This document shows, piece after piece, positions 19,273 through 26,067 of a stretch of 27,969 nt of DNA (positions are counted from its first letter, which is position 1; each line of letters opens with the position of its first letter). The stretch covers positions 1 to 27,969 of the IMG/VR virus record IMGVR_UViG_3300014152_000321. One strand, given 5' to 3'. The translations under genes were made by a program, and so were the position numbers. The notes below the pieces were generated by a model. It ran no database searches, had not been told where the DNA came from, and saw nothing but the letters and a program-made list of their open reading frames with translations. Source of the DNA: a virus. Its lineage: Duplodnaviria > Caudoviricetes.

Positions 19273-20149
19273 TCTTTACCCTCTGAAGTTCCATGCCACA
19301 CTCGTTATCGCCGTCTGAGATGACGACATCGGGCTTGCGGATTAGCTTATTCTTGCGGAATGATCGGTAATCAACGTAGTGATGGATGCGGTTAAACTTA
19401 TGTACCATGGTTGTGTATTCTGGGTAGACATCCACCAACATTTGACTCTTTGGGCGAGTGCCCTCGATGCTGTAAAAAACTTTGTTATTACCACCCTTAA
19501 CTCTTTGCGTTCCGATTTTTTTCTGTAGGAATGCGTTAAACTCAACCGTGCACCAACCAGCCGTCAGCATATCTAACGAAAGGATGGTGTCTTCGTTGTA
19601 CCTGCCACGCCAACGAAACGGCACGTCATTGCGGATGAGATTACAAGAGTAAATACGGGTATTGAAAATCAGCGGCAAAGTCTTGTACTTGCGGGGCACG
19701 AACATGTCATAATTCGGGCCTGCCATCGCCACATTCTCATAACGCAGGCAGAACTGTTCCATCGCTCTAAAGAAAGCACCAGACAGCACATCGTGTCGTA
19801 AGTTTCCATTTGCTCGATAAAATGTATAGATGTTATCGTCCATCACCCAATGCCACGGATAGCCCATCTCGATTGACTTATCCCAAATGAAGTTACGAGC
19901 CGCACCCGGACCTACACTCTTGGTTAGCCCGAGGTCGTCTAGCGTCTCATAGCGATCTTTGTAGGACATATCAAGGACGAGGATGTGTTTCTTAGGAACT
20001 ACCGCTGCATACTGGTCATACTCCTGCGGCTCTACAACGGCATACCATCGCTCGATGCTCATGCGCTGCAATGCTTTGATCGTCATGCGGGAATCGTAAC
20101 GGCTAAGTGTCGGGATAAAGATCGGAAACTGCGGCTGCACGTTAGACAT
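19259..20149 (-). CDS. GREB1/TET-associated (TAGT-like) glycosyltransferase
   Basis: FPIFIPTLSR, VVEPQEYDQY, GAARNFIW, WVMDDNI, TRIYSCNLI, WRGRYNEDT and KGGN motifs. Likely start MSNVQPQ at 20149, overlapping the upstream stop. Confidence 0.8.
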   Translation of the reverse strand: MSNVQPQFPIFIPTLSRYDSRMTIKALQRMSIERWYAVVEPQEYDQYAAVVPKKHILVLDMSYKDRYETLDDLGLTKSVGPGAARNFIWDKSIEMGYPWHWVMDDNIYTFYRANGNLRHDVLSGAFFRAMEQFCLRYENVAMAGPNYDMFVPRKYKTLPLIFNTRIYSCNLIRNDVPFRWRGRYNEDTILSLDMLTAGWCTVEFNAFLQKKIGTQRVKGGNNKVFYSIEGTRPKSQMLVDVYPEYTTMVHKFNRIHHYVDYRSFRKNKLIRKPDVVISDGDNECGMELQRVKNGRT

Positions 20150-20765
20150 ATTTCTTTGACGCCATGTCGGCATTTGGTACTCTTGGGTACCAGATAGACG
20201 GAGCCTTCGGCGGTATCTTCTGACCAATGGCTTTAGAAAACTGCTCCAAGTCTTCAAGCGTCTTGAAGTGAACGATCAATTTGCGAACACCCATCTGGTC
20301 TTCGCTGCTATACTCCGGCATACCCTCGTATTCGGCATTTGGGTCATTCGCCGGGTCGTTGTCAGTTCCGATAGTGTCGTTCAGTTCTGCATCAGTAAAA
20401 AATGGCTTCAGGTCAAGGTCGGCGGATAACTCGGCTAGCGTTGGACCATCCCACTCAAGCGATAGCTCACCAGTGCGGTTGTCTGCTATGGCTAGTTCTC
20501 GGGCTTTTGGGTCTGATAGGTCAAGGTCGGTTCTCTGCACGGCGACCAACTTGCTACCATCGGTCGGAACCACGATCACATCTTCCACGCCCGCCGCTTG
20601 GGCGTTCTCAACCGTCTTATTACCGGCGATGATAGTTCCGTTGCGGTCAAGCAGGATGCTCCGCCCCGCTCCGTACTTTTCGAGGCTGGTACGGATAGCT
20701 TTATTGCCCCTTGTGTTACCTTTGTTAGCGTTTTTCGGGTCTGTTTGCAAATCAGTTATCTTCAT
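20142..20765 (-). CDS. ParB/Srx-like domain protein with a C-terminal GMPE..IVHF..SIWYP module
   Basis: DPKNAN..SLEKYGAGRSILLD..IIAGN..LAIADNRTGEL..EWD is the ParB-like domain of packaging-linked proteins; distinct ~65-aa C-terminal module. Confidence 0.8.
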   Translation of the reverse strand: MKITDLQTDPKNANKGNTRGNKAIRTSLEKYGAGRSILLDRNGTIIAGNKTVENAQAAGVEDVIVVPTDGSKLVAVQRTDLDLSDPKARELAIADNRTGELSLEWDGPTLAELSADLDLKPFFTDAELNDTIGTDNDPANDPNAEYEGMPEYSSEDQMGVRKLIVHFKTLEDLEQFSKAIGQKIPPKAPSIWYPRVPNADMASKKYV

Positions 20766-20774
20766 TTACCCCCT

Positions 20775-20860
20775 AACTCCATTCTGCGTACGTGTGAAAC
20801 GACTCGTGGGGTCACGAAGGGCCTTAGTTTTGTACTTATTTGACCCCCTATCCCCTTTGT
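20775..20860 (-). other. Probable cos / packaging initiation region
   Basis: G-rich GGGGATAGGGGGTCAAAT element between HNH and terS, the usual position in HNH-associated cos phages; cut site not determinable. Confidence 0.4.
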
Positions 20861-20952
20861 TAACATCACATCTCTTTTTCCGCTGCTGATACTGGTTGTC
20901 TTCATCGTCTTCATCGTCTTCGTGATCGAATAACCACCACATGACAAAACAC

Positions 20953-21084
20953 TCACTTACATTGTTTACTACCTGATAACACTAACAACAACCGGCTTAT
21001 TGCCTCAGCGCATACCATGCAAATTAGACGGTTAGGTGAGTCGGGCTCACGCTTGCGGTGGCATAAGTCACATCGTCGGGTCAC
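20953..21084 (-). CDS. Small CxxC-CxxC zinc-finger-like protein (43 aa)
   Basis: Manual translation from GTG: (M)TRRCDLCHRKREPDSPNRLICMVCAEAISRLLLVLSGSKQCK; below the ORF-track cutoff. Confidence 0.5.
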   Translation of the reverse strand: MTRRCDLCHRKREPDSPNRLICMVCAEAISRLLLVLSGSKQCK

Positions 21085-21091
21085 CAGCTCA

Positions 21092-21349
21092 CTACTGCTC
21101 GTCTTTCTTCTTACCGCCCAGCGCCGCTACAGCGTCAGCGATCTTAGTGGATATCTTGTTTACTCCGTACGGGGCTGCTATAAGCGTGGTGATGTCACTC
21201 AGTGGCGGGACAGCATGATTAACGTGTACGAGGTGGGTAATCCAGTAGACAGCGGAAAGTGCGAATAAGGCGCTTAGGATACGAGCTGTGGAACCCGTTC
21301 CATCGGCTTCGCTGAATATGCTCTTAACGAACTTCAAAAATTCGCTCAT
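21092..21349 (-). CDS. Small membrane protein, holin-like
   Basis: 85 aa, hydrophobic segments, charged C-terminus GKKKDEQ; ATGA overlap with HNH. Confidence 0.55.
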   Translation of the reverse strand: MSEFLKFVKSIFSEADGTGSTARILSALFALSAVYWITHLVHVNHAVPPLSDITTLIAAPYGVNKISTKIADAVAALGGKKKDEQ

Positions 21350-21675
21350 TGATTGCTATTTTCCTTGCGGGTCTTTTCCTTGTGGCACGCCTCGCAAATC
21401 GATTGAAGGTTGGTCTCATCGTCAGTCCCGCCGTTCGCCTTCGGCTTGATATGATCGACATCCATCGCCGGGGTCGGTCGTCCATCCTTCAGGCATGGTT
21501 GACACAGGTATTTATCCCGCCGCAATACCCGCCTTCGAACCTTGATCCATGACCACCCGTAACCCCGAGCTGTCGTGTTCCGGCTATGCTGCTTTACATG
21601 GGCATCGCAGTAATCGGCGTCGGTTAAGACGAGGCACCCCGGATGATTGCAAGGCTTCTGGGCAGCTACGGGCAT
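21346..21675 (-). CDS. HNH endonuclease (terminase-associated, HK97 gp74-like)
   Basis: RGY..W..R, CQPC, VDHI..GG.D..NLQSIC..CH..KT motifs; N-terminal C..PGC..C..H. Confidence 0.92.
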   Translation of the reverse strand: MPVAAQKPCNHPGCLVLTDADYCDAHVKQHSRNTTARGYGWSWIKVRRRVLRRDKYLCQPCLKDGRPTPAMDVDHIKPKANGGTDDETNLQSICEACHKEKTRKENSNQ

Positions 21676-21682
21676 AGAAATC

Positions 21683-21755
21683 GAGACCCCGATATGGCCG
21701 ATGGAACTCGCTGCCTGAATAACCGGAGAATGAAAGAGGCAGCACTCGGGGTCTC
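21683..21755 (-). promoter_or_regulatory. Nested stem-loop in the late-operon leader
   Basis: 10-bp inverted repeat 21683-21692/21746-21755 enclosing a 7-bp one at 21710-21716/21737-21743; ends 7 nt before the HNH ATG. Confidence 0.45.
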
Positions 21756-21872
21756 ACCAATAGAACACTTCGGGCTGGTGATTTGCGCAGTGGGGATAGG
21801 GTAAAAGGGTAGGCAGGGGCCACAAGAACGCCCCAAAGACGCTCTAAAGCTCGTGGCGGGGTATCCTAGCTA

Positions 21873-22355
21873 CTAAGCCACAGCGGCGAACAGTTTCATG
21901 TGAGAAAAGGCGGAATCCAGCAATTGTTTGGATTGGGTGCGGGTAATGCCCAGCAATTTAGCGATCTTTCGGTAATCGTGGGTCGGGCTCAATCCGTCCA
22001 AGCCGAACCAGTACCGGATGGCTTCCCGCTGCTGTGGCGTCAGGCAGTCCAGCATCTCGTGGACGAGAATCAATGACTCATAGTCGGTATCCGTGCAGGC
22101 ACATTCCTGCAACTCAACCAAGACTTTACGATGCCGGATCAACGACCGCAGAAAGTTCCTTGCGGCGTTATTGATAATTGTCCGCACCGCTAACTCGCAA
22201 TCGAGCATGTAAGATTGTGCAGTATTGTTGGAAATTTTGACCAGCCGGAACAGAATCTCGGACTCTAGGTCGTCAGCCTCAGCGTTGCTGAGTCTGTATT
22301 TGTTCTTGAAAACGGAAACCACTGTGCGGACGATTGAGTCGTAATTAGCCAGCAT
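21873..22355 (-). CDS. Sigma-70-family (region 2 + region 4) factor, probable late regulator
   Basis: EADDLESEIL and INNAARNFLR (region 2); LTPQQREAIRYWFGL..YRKIAKLLGIT..A..M (region 4 HTH). Confidence 0.8.
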   Translation of the reverse strand: MLANYDSIVRTVVSVFKNKYRLSNAEADDLESEILFRLVKISNNTAQSYMLDCELAVRTIINNAARNFLRSLIRHRKVLVELQECACTDTDYESLILVHEMLDCLTPQQREAIRYWFGLDGLSPTHDYRKIAKLLGITRTQSKQLLDSAFSHMKLFAAVA

Positions 22356-23009
22356 CTATTTAACCAACCTAACGGACGGTTGGCGTCCGTTTTTACGCCT
22401 TAGCGATAGACCACCAACAAACCGCTTGGCGGCTGTGCGTAAACCGTATGTGGCTGAATGGGTTTGGCTGGTGGTGTAACCAAGTGATGCCCCGGCGTCC
22501 GTGATGTTCCCATCATGGTCTATCAGAGCCATCAAAAATGGCAGTAATCGTGGCTTTTCTTCGGCAACGGCATCACGGAATTGAGCGATATACGATCTAC
22601 CAACTAGATCGATGTAGTGAGGTCTCTCGAACCATTTGTCGTCTGAAAGCAGCGTATACTTACTGTTGGTCAGTACGTCTTGTTTCCTGCGGTTAATCCA
22701 CGAGATATAGTAGTGACGGCATAGCCCAAACAGCCACGCATACCAAATATGTGCTCCGTTGTGACCGCCGCACCGGCTGGCGTCCCAAGTGGCAATCCTA
22801 TCCGAGAGACCATCATTCCGAAATGTTGAGTTTTCCGGCAGGGTCGCCAGATGTAGGAGCAAATCTTGCTCTAGGTCACGGACATCGCTGTGGGTATGGT
22901 ATTTGTGGAGTATCCGAGCGGCGAACTTACGAATGCATAAGGGGTCACGGTCGTAGAATTCTGCGAAGTTTCTAGGTGGTACAAATTCGACATCGGTCAC
23001 ATTACCCAA
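22356..23009 (-). CDS. Divergent sigma-like / HTH protein
   Basis: DVRDLEQDLLLHL and WYAWLFGLCRHYY resemble region 2; GNITDAGASLGYT is HTH-like; TTG start uncertain. Confidence 0.5.
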   Translation of the reverse strand: MGNVTDVEFVPPRNFAEFYDRDPLCIRKFAARILHKYHTHSDVRDLEQDLLLHLATLPENSTFRNDGLSDRIATWDASRCGGHNGAHIWYAWLFGLCRHYYISWINRRKQDVLTNSKYTLLSDDKWFERPHYIDLVGRSYIAQFRDAVAEEKPRLLPFLMALIDHDGNITDAGASLGYTTSQTHSATYGLRTAAKRFVGGLSLRRKNGRQPSVRLVK

Positions 23010-23052
23010 TACTCACGGAATTCGATATTGGGTAAATTTGACGACTTGGCGG

Positions 23053-23271
23053 CTAGGTCGTGATCATCTCGATTGGACCAAGTATGAAATGCAGCGTGAT
23101 AGAAACGTGGTAGACGCCAGCGCTGTCTTGCTGTATGTCTAGGGTATTTCCTTCGCTTGGGGTCAACGGTCGCCCTAGACGGTCTTCTATGTGTTTCTGT
23201 GCCACTCCCCGCAACTTATGGCATTCGGCATGGCGGGCGGCAGCGGATTTATGTTCAACTTGCTCTTTCAC
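23053..23271 (-). CDS. Hypothetical protein
   Basis: 72 aa, GTG start with AGGAG RBS upstream. Confidence 0.6.
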   Translation of the reverse strand: MKEQVEHKSAAARHAECHKLRGVAQKHIEDRLGRPLTPSEGNTLDIQQDSAGVYHVSITLHFILGPIEMITT

Positions 23272-23302
23272 TGCTTATCTCCTGTTTGTTGATTGTGATT
23301 GG

Positions 23303-24145
23303 TTATAGATTGCATTCGCAATCGTCTGGATTACCCCCACATTGGGGACAGTCGTCAAAGCATGTGCAATCATCTGGGCCTTTAGCGCCGCACTGGCAGA
23401 TGACATCTTTGGTGGTTATGGTTGGTGCCGGTGCCGGATCATCTGTCAGCATGAGTTCTTTAACCTGAGCGTAGAGAGAACCATCTTTCACGGATTCCCA
23501 GCGCCAAGCCAATGCCCCGACATCCGTGATCGACTTTTTCCACTTGGGTCTATCCAAGACTGTACCAAGCTGCTCTAGGTTATAGTCGTGCCAGCGAATG
23601 TCTGGATGGGCATTCAGTATCCTGTCCGTTATACCGGCTGGATAATCTGTCAGCATGTATCGCTTGCGTAAAAACTGGACGAGATTGGGACGAAATTCGA
23701 CGGCTGTTGGTGCCGCCGTTTTAGGCGGTCGTCCGTCGTCGTCGTCATCATCATTTTTCTTTTTCTTATTTTCTTTTGAATCTAAAACGTCGTCTATATC
23801 CTTCTCTTCTATGTCTGCGGTCGCCCGACCAGTGATTTTTCCCGATTCTACTGCCAAATTCAATAGTTTTTGGTTCGTGATTTCACTGGACTTCTCCAGT
23901 GAATCTACAAACAATTCACTGTACTTCTCCAGAAACTTACGGAGAATTCGCCGGTCTACTCCGGTGACTTTACTGAGAAGTGCCAGTGATTTTGGTAGCC
24001 CATCATCACGCCATTGGACCGCCAGCATGGTGATGTATAGTCCCCTTTCAGCCAGCGTCATGGACAAGACAGTTTTACTGGTCAGCCAATCGACGACATC
24101 AAATTTGAACCAAGAGAAGCCTTTGTTTTTGAGTGGTTTTGTCAT
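23303..24145 (-). CDS. DUF1376/YdaU-like replication initiator with Cys-rich tail
   Basis: WFKFDVVDWL...MTLAERGLYI.ML..QW..GLP N-terminus; charged linker; AGGTG RBS. Confidence 0.75.
   Translation of the reverse strand: MTKPLKNKGFSWFKFDVVDWLTSKTVLSMTLAERGLYITMLAVQWRDDGLPKSLALLSKVTGVDRRILRKFLEKYSELFVDSLEKSSEITNQKLLNLAVESGKITGRATADIEEKDIDDVLDSKENKKKKNDDDDDDGRPPKTAAPTAVEFRPNLVQFLRKRYMLTDYPAGITDRILNAHPDIRWHDYNLEQLGTVLDRPKWKKSITDVGALAWRWESVKDGSLYAQVKELMLTDDPAPAPTITTKDVICQCGAKGPDDCTCFDDCPQCGGNPDDCECNL
23750..23990. other. Putative replication origin within the initiator gene
   Basis: TTCACTG(G/T)ACTTCTCCAG at 23882 and 23915, a looser inverted copy near 23971-23990, and an A/T-rich tract at about 23751-23790. 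Confidence 0.5.
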
Positions 24146-24152
24146 GTATCAC

Positions 24153-24428
24153 CTATTTGCCGTCAAGCGTAGCCCAATACTTATAGTGGCGCTTTGGTCC
24201 ACCTAATACGAACGCCTCACGGTTGACGAGTCCTTTCTTACGAAGACCACGTAATACTTTCTTCGCTTGGTTGGCACTCATCTGGTAGTCCGTGGCATGG
24301 CTGATGGCGGCTGGCGAAATGATGCCGATGCCGCCTCGCTGGATCAGAATTGCCAGCACGATGAACTCGCTTGGAGTGATCTCGCTGGTGTGGATAAGAT
24401 CAAACAACTTGTCTGGTATTTCTGTCAT
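24153..24428 (-). CDS. Winged-HTH-like DNA-binding protein
   Basis: ITPSEFIVLAIL..S..AIS..MS.NQ.KK.L..LRKKGLV pattern; lies upstream of the initiator. Confidence 0.6.
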   Translation of the reverse strand: MTEIPDKLFDLIHTSEITPSEFIVLAILIQRGGIGIISPAAISHATDYQMSANQAKKVLRGLRKKGLVNREAFVLGGPKRHYKYWATLDGK

Positions 24429-24432
24429 GGTG

Positions 24433-24603
24433 CTACCGACTACACGGACAAGATGAGTGGTGCGCCCATTCCCACTGGTGGGGTAAGCGACCTGTGACTT
24501 TCACAGTCATTAGGCACGTACATTTCGGTGACGGCACGACATTGACTATGGTTATGAGCACTGGCCTCTGGGCTTTTGGCAAAGTTACTTTCTGTTTTTT
24601 CAT
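24433..24603 (-). CDS. Small Cys/His-containing hypothetical protein (56 aa)
   Basis: Manual translation MKKQKVTLPK...KCTC...HHSSCPCSR; GAGGGGGAG RBS; fills the gap between neighbouring genes. Confidence 0.5.
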   Translation of the reverse strand: MKKQKVTLPKAQRPVLITIVNVVPSPKCTCLMTVKVTGRLPHQWEWAHHSSCPCSR

Positions 24604-24620
24604 TTCATCTCCCCCTCGTT

Positions 24621-24851
24621 TTATTTGTTACACAAAGCAGCGGTCAAAGCCTTCCATGCGGCGTCGGCGTCGGGCGTGCCCTCGACGGTGTTCATAAAAC
24701 GCTCGTGCGCTGCTAAAAGACGGCATCCGTCAGATTTCGGCGGCTTGCAATCTACTTCGTGGATTCCATCTGCTAGCCCACATTGGGCACATACTACTCT
24801 GGCGGCGCAATCTTCGTTGCTTTTATCGTGTGCTATGACAGATAGTTTCAT
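24621..24851 (-). CDS. Hypothetical protein with CxxC-x6-H-x3-C motif
   Basis: CAQCGLADGIHEVDC; ATG at 24851 after a GGGGA RBS. Confidence 0.55.
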   Translation of the reverse strand: MKLSVIAHDKSNEDCAARVVCAQCGLADGIHEVDCKPPKSDGCRLLAAHERFMNTVEGTPDADAAWKALTAALCNK

Positions 24852-24864
24852 AAATTCCCCCAAG

Positions 24865-25011
24865 CTACAGACTATTTACAACGGTGGAAGCGGAGTGCCG
24901 CTGCTGGTTGAATTGATACCACCAACGATTGTCTTGCATGCCACTGGTATGAGCGTTGGTCCACTCTTTTGTGGCTTCCACATAATGATAATCACTGTAG
25001 CTATATTCCAT
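24865..25011 (-). CDS. Small hypothetical protein (48 aa)
   Basis: MEYSYSDYHYVEATKEW...VVNSL; AGGAG RBS directly after repeat R1. Confidence 0.5.
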   Translation of the reverse strand: MEYSYSDYHYVEATKEWTNAHTSGMQDNRWWYQFNQQRHSASTVVNSL

Positions 25012-25022
25012 TCGTTTCTCCT

Positions 25023-25068
25023 ACTGTCAGAATACAGGCGGTTTCGAACTTTCTCGGACTATTTTTCG
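25023..25068 (-). promoter_or_regulatory. Repeat R1 of the ~45-bp promoter/operator motif
   Basis: Invariant core ATACAGGCGGTTTC at 25032-25045; intergenic. Confidence 0.7.
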
Positions 25069-25075
25069 TAGTCCC

Positions 25076-25342
25076 CTAGCACTGGTACGATTTTGGTTCC
25101 AGAGCAATTATTTTCATATCGAGTTTCGGCTTCGGACCAAGATACACCAGAGCGGAATCGAGTATTTCAAGCATCTCCGCTTTGGTTAAGTCTTCACGGC
25201 CCTCTTTCGTCATCTGATAGTAGTGACTGCTAGGTGATGGACGAAGGCTAGCACGGAAAACCAAATGGTCCGGAGCCTCCTCTATGATTTTCACTGTTGC
25301 AGCAAAATCGACATAGACGATTGGTGTTTCAGGTTGAGCCAT
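25076..25342 (-). CDS. Hypothetical protein
   Basis: 88 aa, AGGAG RBS after repeat R2. Confidence 0.65.
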   Translation of the reverse strand: MAQPETPIVYVDFAATVKIIEEAPDHLVFRASLRPSPSSHYYQMTKEGREDLTKAEMLEILDSALVYLGPKPKLDMKIIALEPKSYQC

Positions 25343-25360
25343 CGTTTTTCTCCTAGTAGC

Positions 25361-25406
25361 ACTGTCAATATACAGGCGGTTTCCAACATTTTCGGACTAT
25401 ATTTAT
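25361..25406 (-). promoter_or_regulatory. Repeat R2 of the ~45-bp promoter/operator motif
   Basis: Core at 25370-25383. Confidence 0.7.
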
Positions 25407-25448
25407 TACTGCCGAAATCCAGAAAATATTTTAGTTATTAAACTACGA

Positions 25449-25481
25449 AGGGAATTTCTCAGTGTTATTGAGAAATTCCCT
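25449..25481. repeat. Perfect 13-bp inverted repeat (hairpin or operator)
   Basis: AGGGAATTTCTCA-N7-TGAGAAATTCCCT. Confidence 0.75.
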
Positions 25482-25501
25482 AAGCATTGCCTTGCTTGAC
25501 C

Positions 25502-25621
25502 TTACCTCTGCCATGCCGAACCAAGCGGTGCCGTCGCAGAGCAGAGCATGTCTGAGACAGTCTTGATCGTGACGCTGTACTTCAGCACTTCGGTCTGCGT
25601 TGCTTCTGGTGTTTTCGCCAT
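25502..25621 (-). CDS. Small hypothetical peptide (39 aa)
   Basis: MAKTPEATQTEVLKYSVTIKTV...WQR; GGAGG RBS after repeat R3. Confidence 0.5.
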   Translation of the reverse strand: MAKTPEATQTEVLKYSVTIKTVSDMLCSATAPLGSAWQR

Positions 25622-25646
25622 AAATCCTCCGTTTTTGTTTTTGGGC

Positions 25647-25692
25647 ACTATTGGTATACAGGCGGTTTCGGACTTTTTTGGATTATTTTCGA
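25647..25692 (-). promoter_or_regulatory. Repeat R3 of the ~45-bp promoter/operator motif
   Basis: Core at 25656-25669; a partial inverted copy CGCCTGTATAC at 25764-25774. Confidence 0.7.
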
Positions 25693-26042
25693 ATTATTTT
25701 CGGTTGGGCGACCGGCTGTCCCAAAGTGGAACGACCTCAAAACACCCAATAAAATCGCCTATTCGCCTGTATACTAGGTACATGCGGCGGACGAAGCGAC
25801 CCAAACCGAGCAAGCGGACAATGCTTGGCGAGCGAATGAAAGCATATTTCGACTATAGCCGCCGATGGTCAGCACGCAGCGTCATACTCAAAGACATTTG
25901 GAGCATACTGAGGAGGGAGAAATGCCAATGTAATCGCTTGCGAAGCTACCCCGAGGCGGAGGACGGGGATCAGTAAACCTCCGCAATCAAATCATCAATA
26001 GATATGAAACTGCTTTTCGACACAAAATACACAATCTCAAAT

Positions 26043-26067
26043 AAAAAACCCCGGTCAATGCCGGGGT
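26043..26067 (-). terminator. Rho-independent terminator
   Basis: Minus strand ACCCCGG-CATTGA-CCGGGGT followed by a T-tract, after ORF 26091..26327. Confidence 0.8.

Noticed and set aside
20150-20257. 36-aa N-terminal extension of the TAGT-like ORF
   Set aside because: Overlaps the ParB-like gene C-terminus; the ATG at 20149 gives typical translational coupling
20762-20956. 64-aa ORF, alternative 58-aa frame (20766..20942, MWWLFDHEDDEDDED...) and 9-bp tandem repeat
   Set aside because: Two competing frames over the probable cos region; neither can be supported from sequence alone
23735-23790. GAC/GAT triplet run and T-rich tract as a contingency locus
   Set aside because: Encodes the KKKKNDDDDDD linker of the initiator in an intact frame
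3-24206. Numerous plus-strand ORFs (e.g. 3..488, 15216..15764, 20281..20889, 23655..24206)
   Set aside because: Antisense shadows of well-supported minus-strand genes, with no recognisable motifs
25023-25692. Repeats R1-R3 as a CRISPR mini-array
   Set aside because: Periods are 338 and 286 bp, the intervals contain ORFs with RBSs, the repeats are degenerate and there are no cas genes
25023-25692. Repeats as known LexA boxes
   Set aside because: The dyad is CTGT-N6-ACAG rather than N8, and the GTTC-like tetramers are spaced N6 rather than the N7 of the alphaproteobacterial/acidobacterial box
25548-25781. Long version of plus-strand ORF 25548..25976
   Set aside because: Its 5' half runs antisense over the 39-aa ORF and repeat R3; only a start at 25782 is plausible, and that is weak
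25790-25812. EATQTE encoded in a plus frame, matching the 39-aa peptide at 25502..25621
   Set aside because: No in-frame start and only a 6-aa match; probably coincidence
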